A stretch of 64,000 bases of DNA from a virus (IMGVR_UViG_3300017912_002502:3776-67775); one strand, 5' to 3'; numbered from the stretch's first letter, positions 45,753 to 55,949 are shown. Numbers and translations: made by a program. Notes: generated from the sequence alone by a model not told the origin.

Positions 45753-46702
45753 TTTTACTTTTCTTTTCTGCACTGGCAGTATCTGCCGTTGCAGCATATT
45801 TTTCGATCGTCGGTCTTATGGCGATCTTCCCTGCAGCAGCGATGTCCATCCTCGCGATGGGTGTTGTGTTAGAGATTGCCAAACTGGTGACAGCATCGTG
45901 GTTGTATCAGAACTGGGAACGAGCCAATCTCTTTATGAAAACTTATTTCATTCCAGCTGTAGTAATTTTATCTCTGATCACAAGTATGGGTATCTTTGGA
46001 TTCCTATCGAAAGCACACATTGATCAGGGTATCGAAAGCGGAGATGCTTCAGCAAAAATCGAAAGGATTGAACTCCGCATAGAATCTAACAACAAACAAA
46101 TAGCACGTGCACAACGTACACTCGATGGTTTTGATAAAGCTATGGATGAGTTTACCGAGAGAGGATATATCTCTTGGGGATTGAAGAAACGTGAAGAACA
46201 AAAAGAAGAACGTGACGCAATGCGTGCAATCATCTCTGAAGCAGAAGCAGATAATGACATATTGTATGATGAACGTGCTGAACTTGCCACAGAGGTAAGA
46301 GCATTCGAGGTAGAAGTTGGTCCAATCAAATATATTGCTGACCTCATTTATGAAGACGGCAGAGAAAATCTAGAGGAAGCAGTAAGATGGGTAATTATTA
46401 TGCTTGTATTGGTATTCGATCCACTTGCTATCTTACTTGTTGTGGCTGCAAATATGCAATTGAACTATGCCACAGGTAGAAGAATCGAGTTTTTATCATT
46501 AGACGAAACCAGTGCTGAGACTGAAACTATAATTGAAAAGGAAGAAGCACCTGCAGAACAAATAGAAGCAGTTGAAAAGGTTATGGAAGAAGATAAGGAA
46601 TTGCTTTCAAAGATTGGTGATGGTGATACACTTAATCCTGCTGAAAGAAAAACATTAAAATCAAGTTTAGAGTGGTTAATAGACAAAAAAAGAAATAAGT
46701 GA
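45740..46702 (+). CDS. Multi-TM plus coiled-coil membrane protein
   Basis: Three N-terminal TMs, a long coiled coil, then VLVFDPLA TM. Confidence 0.65.
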   Translation: MGYVVLLFFSALAVSAVAAYFSIVGLMAIFPAAAMSILAMGVVLEIAKLVTASWLYQNWERANLFMKTYFIPAVVILSLITSMGIFGFLSKAHIDQGIESGDASAKIERIELRIESNNKQIARAQRTLDGFDKAMDEFTERGYISWGLKKREEQKEERDAMRAIISEAEADNDILYDERAELATEVRAFEVEVGPIKYIADLIYEDGRENLEEAVRWVIIMLVLVFDPLAILLVVAANMQLNYATGRRIEFLSLDETSAETETIIEKEEAPAEQIEAVEKVMEEDKELLSKIGDGDTLNPAERKTLKSSLEWLIDKKRNK

Positions 46703-46705
46703 TGC

Positions 46706-46737
46706 TTGACATTTAGGTCTTGTTGATATATTATAAT
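46706..46737 (+). promoter_or_regulatory. sigma70-like promoter
   Basis: TTGACA-17-TATTAT(AAT), same design as the 7058 promoter. Confidence 0.7.
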
Positions 46738-46765
46738 GAGTACATTTTTAACTATGGAGATAATT

Positions 46766-46987
46766 ATGAAAGATATAGTGAATGAACTAAAAAAGAGAGT
46801 TGTTGAAATTACTTTCGATAAACTTGATGGAACTGAGAGAGTAATGAATGCTACTCTTCAAGAGTCTGTCGTGCCAGAAACTAAGGGTGGTACTTCTAAA
46901 TCATCTGATACGCATTTAGTCGCGTTTGATGTCGATAAACAAGGGTGGAGAACCATCATTGTTGACAGAATCAAAAAAGTCGCTTAA
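46766..46987 (+). CDS. Small SH3/WYL-like conserved T4-like protein
   Basis: ITFDKLDGTERVMNATL ... FDVDKQGWRT. Confidence 0.65.
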   Translation: MKDIVNELKKRVVEITFDKLDGTERVMNATLQESVVPETKGGTSKSSDTHLVAFDVDKQGWRTIIVDRIKKVA

Positions 46988-46996
46988 AAATACTTC

Positions 46997-47025
46997 TTGA
47001 CATTTTGACTACTTTGATATATACT
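46997..47025 (+). promoter_or_regulatory. sigma70-like promoter
   Basis: TTGACA-17-TATACT. Confidence 0.75.
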
Positions 47026-47051
47026 TGGTATATTACTAAAGGAGTCCTTAA

Positions 47052-47606
47052 ATGGCAAAACGTATAACGAAGGACGATTTTCGTCCAACTCCAAAGAAGA
47101 TTCGGCGCAGACGAAAGCCGATGACTGAGGAGCAAAAAGCTGCAGCTGTCGAACGTCTCAAAAAAGCAAGAGAGGCAAAGGCAGCTGCAAATCCTACTAA
47201 ACCTGCAAATGTGTGTGACCATGTTCTGAGTCTTCCAGACGATCATTACTTGTCATACGTTAAAGTGAAGGGATGGATAAAAGCAAATCAGGAAGCACTT
47301 ACTGCAGCAAGAGCAGACGTCAGACGAGACGTAAAAGGTGCACGTGCAAAACAAGCACAAATTGAAGGATATATCAGAAACATGAAGAGATATCTTGCTC
47401 ATGGTGATTGGTGTGATAATTTTTATGGTGAACACCAAGAGAAAAAGATCCAATGGGTAAACCTAGTTCCAGGATATGACAAGAATGGAGAGATAAAACG
47501 TCAGCGTGGTGTTTACTATCCAGACTTGGGTTTCCGCTGGGGCTATCCACCTGAAGACGATCCTGTGCTTGATCAGATATTAAATCTACCAGAGGATGAA
47601 GAGTGA
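47052..47606 (+). CDS. Conserved hypothetical protein
   Basis: AGGAG SD; basic N-terminus; YIRNMKRYL..GDW motif. Confidence 0.6.
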   Translation: MAKRITKDDFRPTPKKIRRRRKPMTEEQKAAAVERLKKAREAKAAANPTKPANVCDHVLSLPDDHYLSYVKVKGWIKANQEALTAARADVRRDVKGARAKQAQIEGYIRNMKRYLAHGDWCDNFYGEHQEKKIQWVNLVPGYDKNGEIKRQRGVYYPDLGFRWGYPPEDDPVLDQILNLPEDEE

Positions 47607-48493
47607 TGATTGTTATAGATTATAACCAAACTTTCATATCCAATTATATGGCTGAAACACGTGGTCGTCCAGATGTAGAGATGAACATTGACTTGCTTCG
47701 TCATATGATACTAAATCAGATTCGTAAATACAGAACACAGTTTACATCTGAGTTTGGCGAGTTGGTCATTGCCTGTGATAATCGTCGTTACTGGCGAAGA
47801 GAAGTTTATCCTTACTATAAGGCATCTCGTAAAAAATCCAGAGAGTCTAGTGGACACGATTGGTCATCTATCTTTGATGCATTACATTTGATTCGTAGCG
47901 AGATAGATGAGTATCTTCCATATCCTGTGATTGATGTAGATGGTGCAGAGGCAGATGATGTAATTGGTGCATTGGTTGAGTATAGTCAAGAGAATGAAAT
48001 GACTGATCATCCGATGTTTGCCGAGCCAATGCCATTTTTGATCATATCTGGCGACCATGATTTCCAACAGTTACAAAAATATCCTAATGTGAAACAATGG
48101 TCACCAATCAAGAAACGCTGGGTAAAAATTACTGGCTCTCCACAAGAGGTATTGATGGAACATATCATTACTGGTGATAAAGGTGATGGTGTACCAAATA
48201 TTCTGAGCGATGATGATACATTTGTCACAGAAGGTAAACGCCAAAAGCCAATTCGTAAAGCTGTCCTTGCTGAGTGGAAGAAACAAAAACCAGAGCAGTT
48301 TGTTAATGGTGAAATGGCATCTGGGTATGTAAGAAATCGTCAGCTGGTAGACTTATCACTAACACCAGATGAAATAAAACAAGAAGTCGTAGAAGAATAT
48401 ATGCGACAAAAAGGTAAAAGTCGTCAGCATCTACTGAACTACTTTGTTAAGTTTCGTCTCAAAAATATGATGGAAGTCCTTGATGACTTCTAG
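47603..48493 (+). CDS. rnh: RNase H / 5'-3' exonuclease (T4 rnh)
   Basis: IDYNQ, YKASR, EADDVIG, ISGDHDF and GDKGDGVPN. Confidence 0.95.
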   Translation: MMIVIDYNQTFISNYMAETRGRPDVEMNIDLLRHMILNQIRKYRTQFTSEFGELVIACDNRRYWRREVYPYYKASRKKSRESSGHDWSSIFDALHLIRSEIDEYLPYPVIDVDGAEADDVIGALVEYSQENEMTDHPMFAEPMPFLIISGDHDFQQLQKYPNVKQWSPIKKRWVKITGSPQEVLMEHIITGDKGDGVPNILSDDDTFVTEGKRQKPIRKAVLAEWKKQKPEQFVNGEMASGYVRNRQLVDLSLTPDEIKQEVVEEYMRQKGKSRQHLLNYFVKFRLKNMMEVLDDF

Positions 48494-48525
48494 TATATAT
48501 AGAAAGACAATGGAGAAAATATATT

Positions 48526-49026
48526 ATGGCTAGAAAATTTAGACAAGCAAATGAAGGTTTCGACTGGGTATTCGAAGCCACTAAAAAAGATGAACAGATC
48601 GCTCGTTTGAAAGAATGGGCATCAGGGAATCAAACTGTTGTTCCTCTCGTTAGATATGGAGTCGGTGCAGACAAAGCTGATTTTGGGTTGCCTTCAGGTA
48701 TGCCTGAAACTGTGAAGTTAGATAAAGACATCCCAGACGGAATGAGTGACACATCAATTCAGATGGAGTGGAGAAGGATTAATACATTCCTAGATCCAAA
48801 CGGTAATCTGAAAAATCTTCCTACTTGGAAACAAGAAATGAACTGGTTGCAAATCTTAGAAGGTTTGCATTGGAAAGAAGCAGAAGTCTTGACACACGTC
48901 AAAGACGGAACTTTACTCACACAGTATCCAAAACTCGAAAAGATATTGAAAGATATTGGAATTACTGATTGGAATAAAACCACTGCCAAGAAAACAAGGA
49001 AGAAAAAAATTGCAAAAACCGATTGA
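48526..49026 (+). CDS. Conserved T4-like hypothetical protein
   Basis: WLQILEGLHWKEAEVL motif; position after rnh. Confidence 0.65.
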   Translation: MARKFRQANEGFDWVFEATKKDEQIARLKEWASGNQTVVPLVRYGVGADKADFGLPSGMPETVKLDKDIPDGMSDTSIQMEWRRINTFLDPNGNLKNLPTWKQEMNWLQILEGLHWKEAEVLTHVKDGTLLTQYPKLEKILKDIGITDWNKTTAKKTRKKKIAKTD

Positions 49027-49747
49027 TTTTCATGACGGTGTTCGTGGGCAGACTCTCAAATGGTTTGTTATGGACACTCCAGATCGTGCACACTTCGACA
49101 AAGAGGGTGAGTTAATTGAATATCGCTTCAACCAAGATGGATTCCGAATGGATATTGAAATGGATGAAGTCGAAAAGGGTTGTGATATTTACATCGGAGA
49201 TTCTACCACACTCGCCTTTGGTCAAAATGTTGAAGACGGATGGGCATATAAACACTTTGTTCAAACAGAGCAGAAAAATCAGTTTGTAAATCTATCTCAA
49301 GCATCATGCGGTCTTGACACAATCACACGTTTGTTAGGTTACTGGGTTCCAATACTCGAACCAGAGAACGTATGGCTTTTAGAACCAGCACCAAATCGTC
49401 AGGAGTTTCTCGATAATAACGGTGTTGGGTGGTCGTCTGGAGTTTGGCATCAAATCGTTGTGCAGAAAATGGGTGGTCATGAAATCACAGATGAAAGTTA
49501 CTTCAAAGAAAAACTATTCCTCGAGCACATTTCATTAGATCCACAAGTAGCGGTTCAAAAAGCAAAGAATCTGGATGCGATACAATGGATATGTCGAGAT
49601 ACCAATTTACATTACGCTGATCACAGTCCCTTTGAATGGTATGGTGGATCTAGAGATGGATACCATCCTGGAGCCGACCAGCATGATAAAATTCTAGAGA
49701 GGTTTATAAGGGTCGAAGTATCTTCCCCATTGCCATCCACTTGGTAA
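49010..49747 (+). CDS. SGNH/GDSL-like hydrolase or acyltransferase, paralog 1
   Basis: YRFNQDGFR, IGDS, VNLS and RDGYHPG (DxxH); TTG start inferred. Confidence 0.6.
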   Translation: MQKPIDFHDGVRGQTLKWFVMDTPDRAHFDKEGELIEYRFNQDGFRMDIEMDEVEKGCDIYIGDSTTLAFGQNVEDGWAYKHFVQTEQKNQFVNLSQASCGLDTITRLLGYWVPILEPENVWLLEPAPNRQEFLDNNGVGWSSGVWHQIVVQKMGGHEITDESYFKEKLFLEHISLDPQVAVQKAKNLDAIQWICRDTNLHYADHSPFEWYGGSRDGYHPGADQHDKILERFIRVEVSSPLPSTW

Positions 49748-50212
49748 TTCTGCATCTTCATTGATCAGATGCATACTCCCATTGGGTTCAACACACCATT
49801 TTCGTTTTGGTCTTTCAAATGCTTTTTGACGGATCTTGGCGATCGACTCTGGTGAATGCTTTCGACCATACATTGGGTTGAACTCTCCAATCCTCGTACC
49901 AGTCATAGTCTTACTAATTTTCTCTCGATGAGAGTCTTTGAGACCATTTTTATGGGGGTGTTTGTCTCCCATTTTGGCTTGTCGTATTCTTTCACGACCT
50001 TCTGGAGTATGCCATTCAGTTCTGTCTCGGCATCTATCTACAATAGGAGAGTTGGTTTTGTTCTGGGTTAGTACATACTCGCGAATAGACTCTACAGAGG
50101 AGAGTTTGATCAACATCTCGCGTGGTTTAGGTACGTCTTGAAGTGTATTTTCGTCTACAATCCAGAACTCATTCCTTGATTTGAAGGCGAAAAATCGTGT
50201 TGCACGGCTCAT
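49694..50212 (-). CDS. NUMOD3-repeat DNA-binding protein with no evident nuclease domain
   Basis: HTPEGRERIRQ, SHREKISK and HSPESIAKIRQ repeats; NPMYGRKH. Confidence 0.7.
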   Translation of the reverse strand: MSRATRFFAFKSRNEFWIVDENTLQDVPKPREMLIKLSSVESIREYVLTQNKTNSPIVDRCRDRTEWHTPEGRERIRQAKMGDKHPHKNGLKDSHREKISKTMTGTRIGEFNPMYGRKHSPESIAKIRQKAFERPKRKWCVEPNGSMHLINEDAELPSGWQWGRYFDPYKPL

Positions 50213-50242
50213 AACTAACTCATTTTATTCATAATTTATTTG

Positions 50243-50250
50243 TATTTATA
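50243..50250 (-). promoter_or_regulatory. T4 late promoter on the minus strand
   Basis: TATTTATA on + equals TATAAATA on -, pointing at the NUMOD3 gene. Confidence 0.65.
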
Positions 50251-50263
50251 GGCAAAAAAACGC

Positions 50264-50291
50264 TTGACATTTCGCTCCAATGTAGTAGAAT
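50264..50291 (+). promoter_or_regulatory. sigma70-like early promoter
   Basis: A-tract, then TTGACA-16-TAGAAT. Confidence 0.65.
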
Positions 50292-50316
50292 ATGTGTATA
50301 AATGAGAGAGAAAATT

Positions 50317-50757
50317 ATGGATGTTATATTTGATGTTGATGGTACTCTTATGGATATCGAGCATAGGAGACACTTTGTAACACAAAGACCTAAAGACTTT
50401 GATGCCTTCAGAGATCCTGAAGTCGTCATGCAAGACACTCCCAATAAAGAGATATTTGAACTAGCGAAAGCATTGAAAGACGCTGGTAATAGGATTATTG
50501 TTTCTACTGGTAGAAATAAAAGACAAAGAGCCACCACTCTCAAGCAATTGATGATGAATGGTCTTGTCTTTGATGCCATGTACATGAGAGGTGATACTGA
50601 CTTCAGACCTGATGATGAACTCAAAAAAGAGTTTCTGATCAAGATGAAGGAAGATGGGTTCAACCCAGTTATGGCAGTTGACGACAGACAACAAGTCGTT
50701 GATATGTTCAGAGCGGAAGGGTTGAGAGTTTTACAAGTTGATAAAGGAAATTTCTAA
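50317..50757 (+). CDS. HAD 3'-phosphatase (PseT/PNKP phosphatase domain only)
   Basis: FDVDGT, STGR, MR..DFRPD..K and VDDR..V..M. Confidence 0.85.
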   Translation: MDVIFDVDGTLMDIEHRRHFVTQRPKDFDAFRDPEVVMQDTPNKEIFELAKALKDAGNRIIVSTGRNKRQRATTLKQLMMNGLVFDAMYMRGDTDFRPDDELKKEFLIKMKEDGFNPVMAVDDRQQVVDMFRAEGLRVLQVDKGNF

Positions 50758-50776
50758 AAAACAAGAGAGGTAAATT

Positions 50777-51166
50777 ATGATATGTGTTGATGAAATTAAA
50801 TCTGAAGACGTTGAATATGAGATCGTAGAGTATTTAAATGGCTCTACTTCATATCAAGGTGAGATAACTACTGAATACCATAAGTTGAGAGAGTTATTCG
50901 GTAAACCGTCTTATGACACTGGGGATCCAGATGAAAAAGTCCAGACTTGCTGGTATATCGAAGGTAAAGTTTTCTTTGAAGATGAAGAGGGCGAGATCGA
51001 TAATGAATATGTAAGGGCATCAGTCTATAACTGGAAATCTGGTGGTAGAACACCAGTCGGAGAGTATGACTGGCATATCGGTGGTGACAATTATGACTCG
51101 GTTGAACTTGTCCAAGCCATAGTAAACGGCGAAATTAAGCCATATTTTAATTTAGATAACGCTTGA
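50777..51166 (+). CDS. Acidic hypothetical early protein
   Basis: GAGAGG SD; VYNWK...WHIGG motif. Confidence 0.6.
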   Translation: MICVDEIKSEDVEYEIVEYLNGSTSYQGEITTEYHKLRELFGKPSYDTGDPDEKVQTCWYIEGKVFFEDEEGEIDNEYVRASVYNWKSGGRTPVGEYDWHIGGDNYDSVELVQAIVNGEIKPYFNLDNA

Positions 51167-51191
51167 CATTGATCACAAAATGTTGTATAAT
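51163..51191 (+). promoter_or_regulatory. Consensus sigma70 promoter
   Basis: TTGACA-17-TATAAT. Confidence 0.85.
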
Positions 51192-51222
51192 GTCTATATA
51201 ATGAAAAAAAGAGAGGTAAATT

Positions 51223-51432
51223 ATGAGTAAAATTGGTGACTTTGTTCTTGAGTGTCAAACTATCGCTCAAGACTATTACAACGAGCCAAAAGAGACCGTT
51301 GTTTCGGAAGTGAAAAAAACATTCCCTGCGAGTCAATTTGACTATGCCCTTGAAACTGTTGAGATGTATATCCAAGAGATACACGATGATATGGAAGCAG
51401 TTTGGGGATCTAATTCAGGATATATAAGCTGA
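51223..51432 (+). CDS. Hypothetical early protein
   Basis: GAGAGGTAAATTATG leader. Confidence 0.6.
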   Translation: MSKIGDFVLECQTIAQDYYNEPKETVVSEVKKTFPASQFDYALETVEMYIQEIHDDMEAVWGSNSGYIS

Positions 51433-52025
51433 TGTTACAAAAACAAAAATACATACTAACTGACTGTGATGGCGTCTGTCTCGATTGGGAAGAGGCATTC
51501 ATGTGTTGGATGAAAGAAATGGGACACCAGACTGTTGAAGGGTATCAGTTTATGTATGGTGTTCACAAAAGGTTCGGTATTACTAAAGAACTTTCAAACA
51601 AGCTGGTAGCACAATTCAATGCTTCAGCTGCCATTGGGTTCTTACCACCTCTGAGAGATGCTCAATACTATATCAAGAAGTTGGCTGAGAAGCATAATTA
51701 TAAATTTATAGCGGTGACCAGTTTGTCTTCAGATAAGTATGCGCAGAAACTAAGAGAAAGAAACCTTAACAAGTTATTTGGTTCAAATACTTTTTCAGAA
51801 GTACACTGTCTTGAGACTGGTGCTGATAAAGATGAGATCCTAAGATACTTGGCGTTTGAATATGAAGGTTGTTACTGGATCGAAGATAAGATTACTAACG
51901 CTGAACTCGGTTCTAAACTGGGTTATGATAGTTTACTCCTTGAGCACGGACACAGTATGCATGCTGAAGGAGATTTCAAAGTTGTTAAAAACTGGGAGGA
52001 GATCTATAATGTTATCACTGGATAG
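51432..52025 (+). CDS. HAD 5'(3')-deoxyribonucleotidase-like protein
   Basis: TDCDGVCLDW, VTS and WIEDK. Confidence 0.8.
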   Translation: MLQKQKYILTDCDGVCLDWEEAFMCWMKEMGHQTVEGYQFMYGVHKRFGITKELSNKLVAQFNASAAIGFLPPLRDAQYYIKKLAEKHNYKFIAVTSLSSDKYAQKLRERNLNKLFGSNTFSEVHCLETGADKDEILRYLAFEYEGCYWIEDKITNAELGSKLGYDSLLLEHGHSMHAEGDFKVVKNWEEIYNVITG

Positions 52026-52204
52026 AGAATCAGGTTTCTATGCATTTTGCTCTCACATGTGGAGAGAAAATTGTCAAGAACGTAGAGACTGGCAAGAAGA
52101 GATCTTAGATAAAGATATCTATATTGCTCGCAATCTATCATTCCTGAAAGAAGCATTCGAAGAGGAAAAGGATTTGTGGTGTGAATTAGCCACTGGTTGA
52201 TCAA
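52004..52204 (+). CDS. Hypothetical protein
   Basis: 66-aa ORF overlapping both neighbours. Confidence 0.45.
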
Positions 52205-53229
52205 TGGCTATAAAATATACGAAGGACGATTCTAACGTCAAGAAAATGTATCTTGACACACGACATTGTTTGCGCCAAGGCAAACACCGACCAAATTATC
52301 GACTCCCACCTGAAGCATATGCATTTGGTCGTGCAACTCCTATTAGTCTGCTCAATGCAGAATTTTATTTTTTTGGACCAGATACTCTCGATAATTGTGT
52401 CGAGATGGAAGATTATGTTCGGAAAGCTGGGTATGTAGATGATAATGATACTCTAATTCCAGTTGTATATAAGACAAACGATTTCGGATATCGTGAACAA
52501 AAAGATATGATCAACCCAGAGCATGTGGGTAATTGTATTTTGGTCACTGGTAATTCAGCTGCATTTGCAACAGCACAACACGAGGAGGATGGGTTCTGCT
52601 ATCACCTCGAGGAGTTTGCTGGGATACCAGTCTATAATCTAGGCATAAATAACGGTGGAAGCAAATCTTCTTATAGGATTATCAAAGCGTGGCGAAATAT
52701 TCTTCAACCCTATTGTACGATTTCTCATTTAGTTTGGGACACAACTAGATTAGAATTCGAGGATGCCATACAAGTTGGACCACATAACTGGAAACGTATC
52801 TTCAAAGAGTATTACAAGAATGTAGATTATTTCGGCGACCGAAAGTCAGAAGATTTTGGTGGCAAGATCCGTGAACCAAACAAAGAACAGTTATACAATC
52901 AGATGACAGAGATATGGGAAAAGGATCTAGAGTTACTTCTTGAAGTGGAAAAAAATCTAAATGTAATTTGGGATCTGCAAGTGCAACACGAATTAGATGT
53001 AGACCAATCAACAAAAGAAAAATATCAAGACCACGAAAACATTTTGGTTACACCTTGGACTTTCTATAAAAAAGATGCTGAACATTGGACTGATCAGGAG
53101 AAAGAAGAGTATATGGCTGGTAAACCTGCAAGGGATGGTATTCACGAATCTGCAGAAAATTATCGAGCCAGTGCAGAAAAATGCACTGAAATTTTAAGGA
53201 GAAGAAAATGGATCCCCTCACACACTTAA
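52204..53229 (+). CDS. SGNH/GDSL-like protein, paralog 2
   Basis: YKTNDFGYR, TGNS, YNLG and ARDGIH. Confidence 0.6.
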   Translation: MAIKYTKDDSNVKKMYLDTRHCLRQGKHRPNYRLPPEAYAFGRATPISLLNAEFYFFGPDTLDNCVEMEDYVRKAGYVDDNDTLIPVVYKTNDFGYREQKDMINPEHVGNCILVTGNSAAFATAQHEEDGFCYHLEEFAGIPVYNLGINNGGSKSSYRIIKAWRNILQPYCTISHLVWDTTRLEFEDAIQVGPHNWKRIFKEYYKNVDYFGDRKSEDFGGKIREPNKEQLYNQMTEIWEKDLELLLEVEKNLNVIWDLQVQHELDVDQSTKEKYQDHENILVTPWTFYKKDAEHWTDQEKEEYMAGKPARDGIHESAENYRASAEKCTEILRRRKWIPSHT

Positions 53230-53390
53230 TCATAACATTTATTTGGACAGTCGCAGCCTACATACTAGGTTGGTATTTTGGTCACAAACAAGGAAATATA
53301 CTTGGTGCTGCTGTGGTTCTTGAATGGGTAGAACGTAAAGTTGGTAAGATACAATTTAATGCTTGGATGCGAGAACGCGAAGAAGAATAG
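53208..53390 (+). CDS. Small membrane protein
   Basis: Hydrophobic N-terminal half. Confidence 0.5.
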   Translation: MDPLTHLIITFIWTVAAYILGWYFGHKQGNILGAAVVLEWVERKVGKIQFNAWMREREEE

Positions 53391-54701
53391 ATGTCTGACG
53401 TAATTTGTCCATATATCCTGAATCACGTTTATACAGGAACGCGAAACGAACGTAGACTTTGCTGTTCATCTACACCCAGAGTTTCACAAGATAAAAAGCG
53501 TACAGATGAAGAGTGGTGGAACTCGGAGGAAATGAAAAGCATCAGACGTAAGATGATGCGAGGTGAAAAACTCGAGATGTGTAATGTGTGTTACTATCGA
53601 GAGGATAATGGTCTGGAGTCATTACGCCAAGAGGCATTACAAGAGTTTGATATTGAGGAACTAAAATCTAATCTAAATGAAGATGGCTCGATGTCGATCC
53701 AACCAGAATATTTTGAACATAAATCTGTGCATTGTAATCTACAATGCCAAACTTGCACACCTGTCCTATCCTCTACATGGGCGACACTCGAGAAAAAGAT
53801 GTTTGGGTTCAAGTGGGCGAACAATATGGATGCACCATACGAACAAGCACAAGCAGATTCTATTATCAAAGCTATACTCGAGAAAAGATGTAAGAAAATA
53901 AACTGGGCTGGTGGTGAACCAATGATGATGCCAGTACACTGGAAGGTTACAGATAAACTCGTTGAACTATTAGACGATCCAGAGTATTCAGCCTATGTCA
54001 AAACAATCAAGATCCAATACAACACAAACCTAACTCGTAGTATCTGGAAAAACAAATCAATACCTGAAATGCTCCAGCCATTCAATATTGAACTAAGAAC
54101 TTCAATGGATGGTGTCGGCGATACATTTGAATTCAATCGCGATGGAGCGAAGTGGGATGAATGCTGGAAAACTTGGAATCAATATTACGATCTAGGGTTT
54201 GATATAGAAGTGAACTCAGTCTATACATCGACAGTTATTATGCAGATGGAAGAATACCAACGACTCTATGTCGACAAAGACGTAAGATTCTACGACCACA
54301 TTTACGTTTGCTATCCTGATCAGTATCCTGGAGGAGGACAGGGATTTATGGACGTAAGATTATTCCCACAACACATATTCGATCGTATAGTTACGAATGC
54401 AGAGAACGTGCTGAAAAAATATATGAACGAAGGTTACGAGCGAGGATTAGATATCCTTAGAATATATCGTGACGAAAAACAGAAGTATGAAAACCTTTTT
54501 GAAAACGAGGACACATTACGAAAGATGAAAGGGTATGCTGAATATAGGGATAACTTTTGCGAGAACGTAAAGTACCAAGATTTGATATGGACTTTAGATG
54601 AAGAGGCAGCTGAATGGTTCGACAAAATAGAATCATTACCATATGACCCAAATGAAAATAAACAGTCAGGCTGGAGAGCCGAAGACTGGGAGGACAGATA
54701 A
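53391..54701 (+). CDS. Radical SAM enzyme with an N-terminal Cys-rich (Twitch-like) region
   Basis: HCNLQCQTC, AGGEPM and YNTN; N-terminal CPY..CC..CNVC. Confidence 0.85.
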   Translation: MSDVICPYILNHVYTGTRNERRLCCSSTPRVSQDKKRTDEEWWNSEEMKSIRRKMMRGEKLEMCNVCYYREDNGLESLRQEALQEFDIEELKSNLNEDGSMSIQPEYFEHKSVHCNLQCQTCTPVLSSTWATLEKKMFGFKWANNMDAPYEQAQADSIIKAILEKRCKKINWAGGEPMMMPVHWKVTDKLVELLDDPEYSAYVKTIKIQYNTNLTRSIWKNKSIPEMLQPFNIELRTSMDGVGDTFEFNRDGAKWDECWKTWNQYYDLGFDIEVNSVYTSTVIMQMEEYQRLYVDKDVRFYDHIYVCYPDQYPGGGQGFMDVRLFPQHIFDRIVTNAENVLKKYMNEGYERGLDILRIYRDEKQKYENLFENEDTLRKMKGYAEYRDNFCENVKYQDLIWTLDEEAAEWFDKIESLPYDPNENKQSGWRAEDWEDR

Positions 54702-54703
54702 AA

Positions 54704-55531
54704 GTGAAAGACCATTGGTTATATGCTCGAGGTTTTTATGAGAAACCAAAAGAGTATTCATTTTACAGCACCGATACAGAAGATAAGTATCAAAAAAACC
54801 TGAAAGAAAATTTTGAAGAATTAAAATTAAACGGTTGGATTCATCATGACGTAGAAGAAGATGATCGTGTACTCGGTTACAAATACGACTATAACCCATA
54901 TAATCCTCAAATAAATGACTGGGTAAATCTTTCATACAAAATAAATGAGCATGGTTTTAGAGGTGAAGAAATGCCCAAAGAGAAAAAACCAAGAAGCATA
55001 ATGACTCTTGGATGTTCGAATACATTTGGAGTCGGTATGCCTGTCGGTCAAATTTGGTCAACACTTGTCGGTAATACATTACGTCAACGAGCATATAATC
55101 TTGGTGTTCCAAGTGGTTCTTTAGATACATGCTTTAGAGTTTTACTTGCTTGGCTTCCTAAAATTAGACCTTCTCATGTATTTTTATTGGAGCCTCCAGG
55201 AGTCAGATATGAAACTCATATTCTATCAGGGATTATACCATCTTCAGTTGAAAGCCCAGAACCAGTAGCTTTTAGATTTGAGCATGAAGATGAGTGGGTT
55301 CTTCATAGAGAGAAAACGATGAGAGGAATTAAATCATTGTGTGATCAATTCGATACGCCTTTCTATCATTTAAGTTATGATGCACACTTAACTAAAGAAA
55401 TTGCTGAGTTCTTTTCATTCATTGACTCAGCCAGAGATCTGATGCATCCAGGAAGAAATGCTCACACATATATTGCTATGAATATGTTAAAACTAGCTGG
55501 ATATAAATGGGATGTTGAAATAAATGGATAA
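54704..55531 (+). CDS. SGNH/GDSL-like protein, paralog 3
   Basis: YKINEHGFRG, LGCSNTFG, YNLG and ARDLMHPG. Confidence 0.65.
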   Translation: MKDHWLYARGFYEKPKEYSFYSTDTEDKYQKNLKENFEELKLNGWIHHDVEEDDRVLGYKYDYNPYNPQINDWVNLSYKINEHGFRGEEMPKEKKPRSIMTLGCSNTFGVGMPVGQIWSTLVGNTLRQRAYNLGVPSGSLDTCFRVLLAWLPKIRPSHVFLLEPPGVRYETHILSGIIPSSVESPEPVAFRFEHEDEWVLHREKTMRGIKSLCDQFDTPFYHLSYDAHLTKEIAEFFSFIDSARDLMHPGRNAHTYIAMNMLKLAGYKWDVEING

Positions 55532-55949
55532 ATGGGATTACGCACATATGGAGGTGGCTCGGATTTATTCTCAGCTATCATCCGCAAAACGATTACAAGT
55601 CGGCGCAGTCATAGTAAAAGATAAAAGAGTATTGTCTATCGGTTATAATGGTATGCCGACAAAATGGACTAACGAATGTGAATTCACAGATGAACATGGC
55701 TTGAACACTTATACAAAACCTGAAGTGTTACATGCCGAGACAAACGCGATTGCAAAAGTTGCGAAGTCAAGCGAGAGTTGCGATGGCGCAACAATATATA
55801 CAACAACCGCACCATGCCTTGATTGTGCTAAGTTAATTTATCAATCTGGTATAAAACGTGTCGTCTGGAATACACCACATTTACGAAGCGATGATGGTGT
55901 TCAATTCCTAATGAAATGTGAAGGTGTATCAGTGGAGCATTTAGAATGA
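55524..55949 (+). CDS. cd: dCMP deaminase
   Basis: GYNG, LHAETNAI and PCLDC. Confidence 0.93.
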   Translation: MDKWDYAHMEVARIYSQLSSAKRLQVGAVIVKDKRVLSIGYNGMPTKWTNECEFTDEHGLNTYTKPEVLHAETNAIAKVAKSSESCDGATIYTTTAPCLDCAKLIYQSGIKRVVWNTPHLRSDDGVQFLMKCEGVSVEHLE

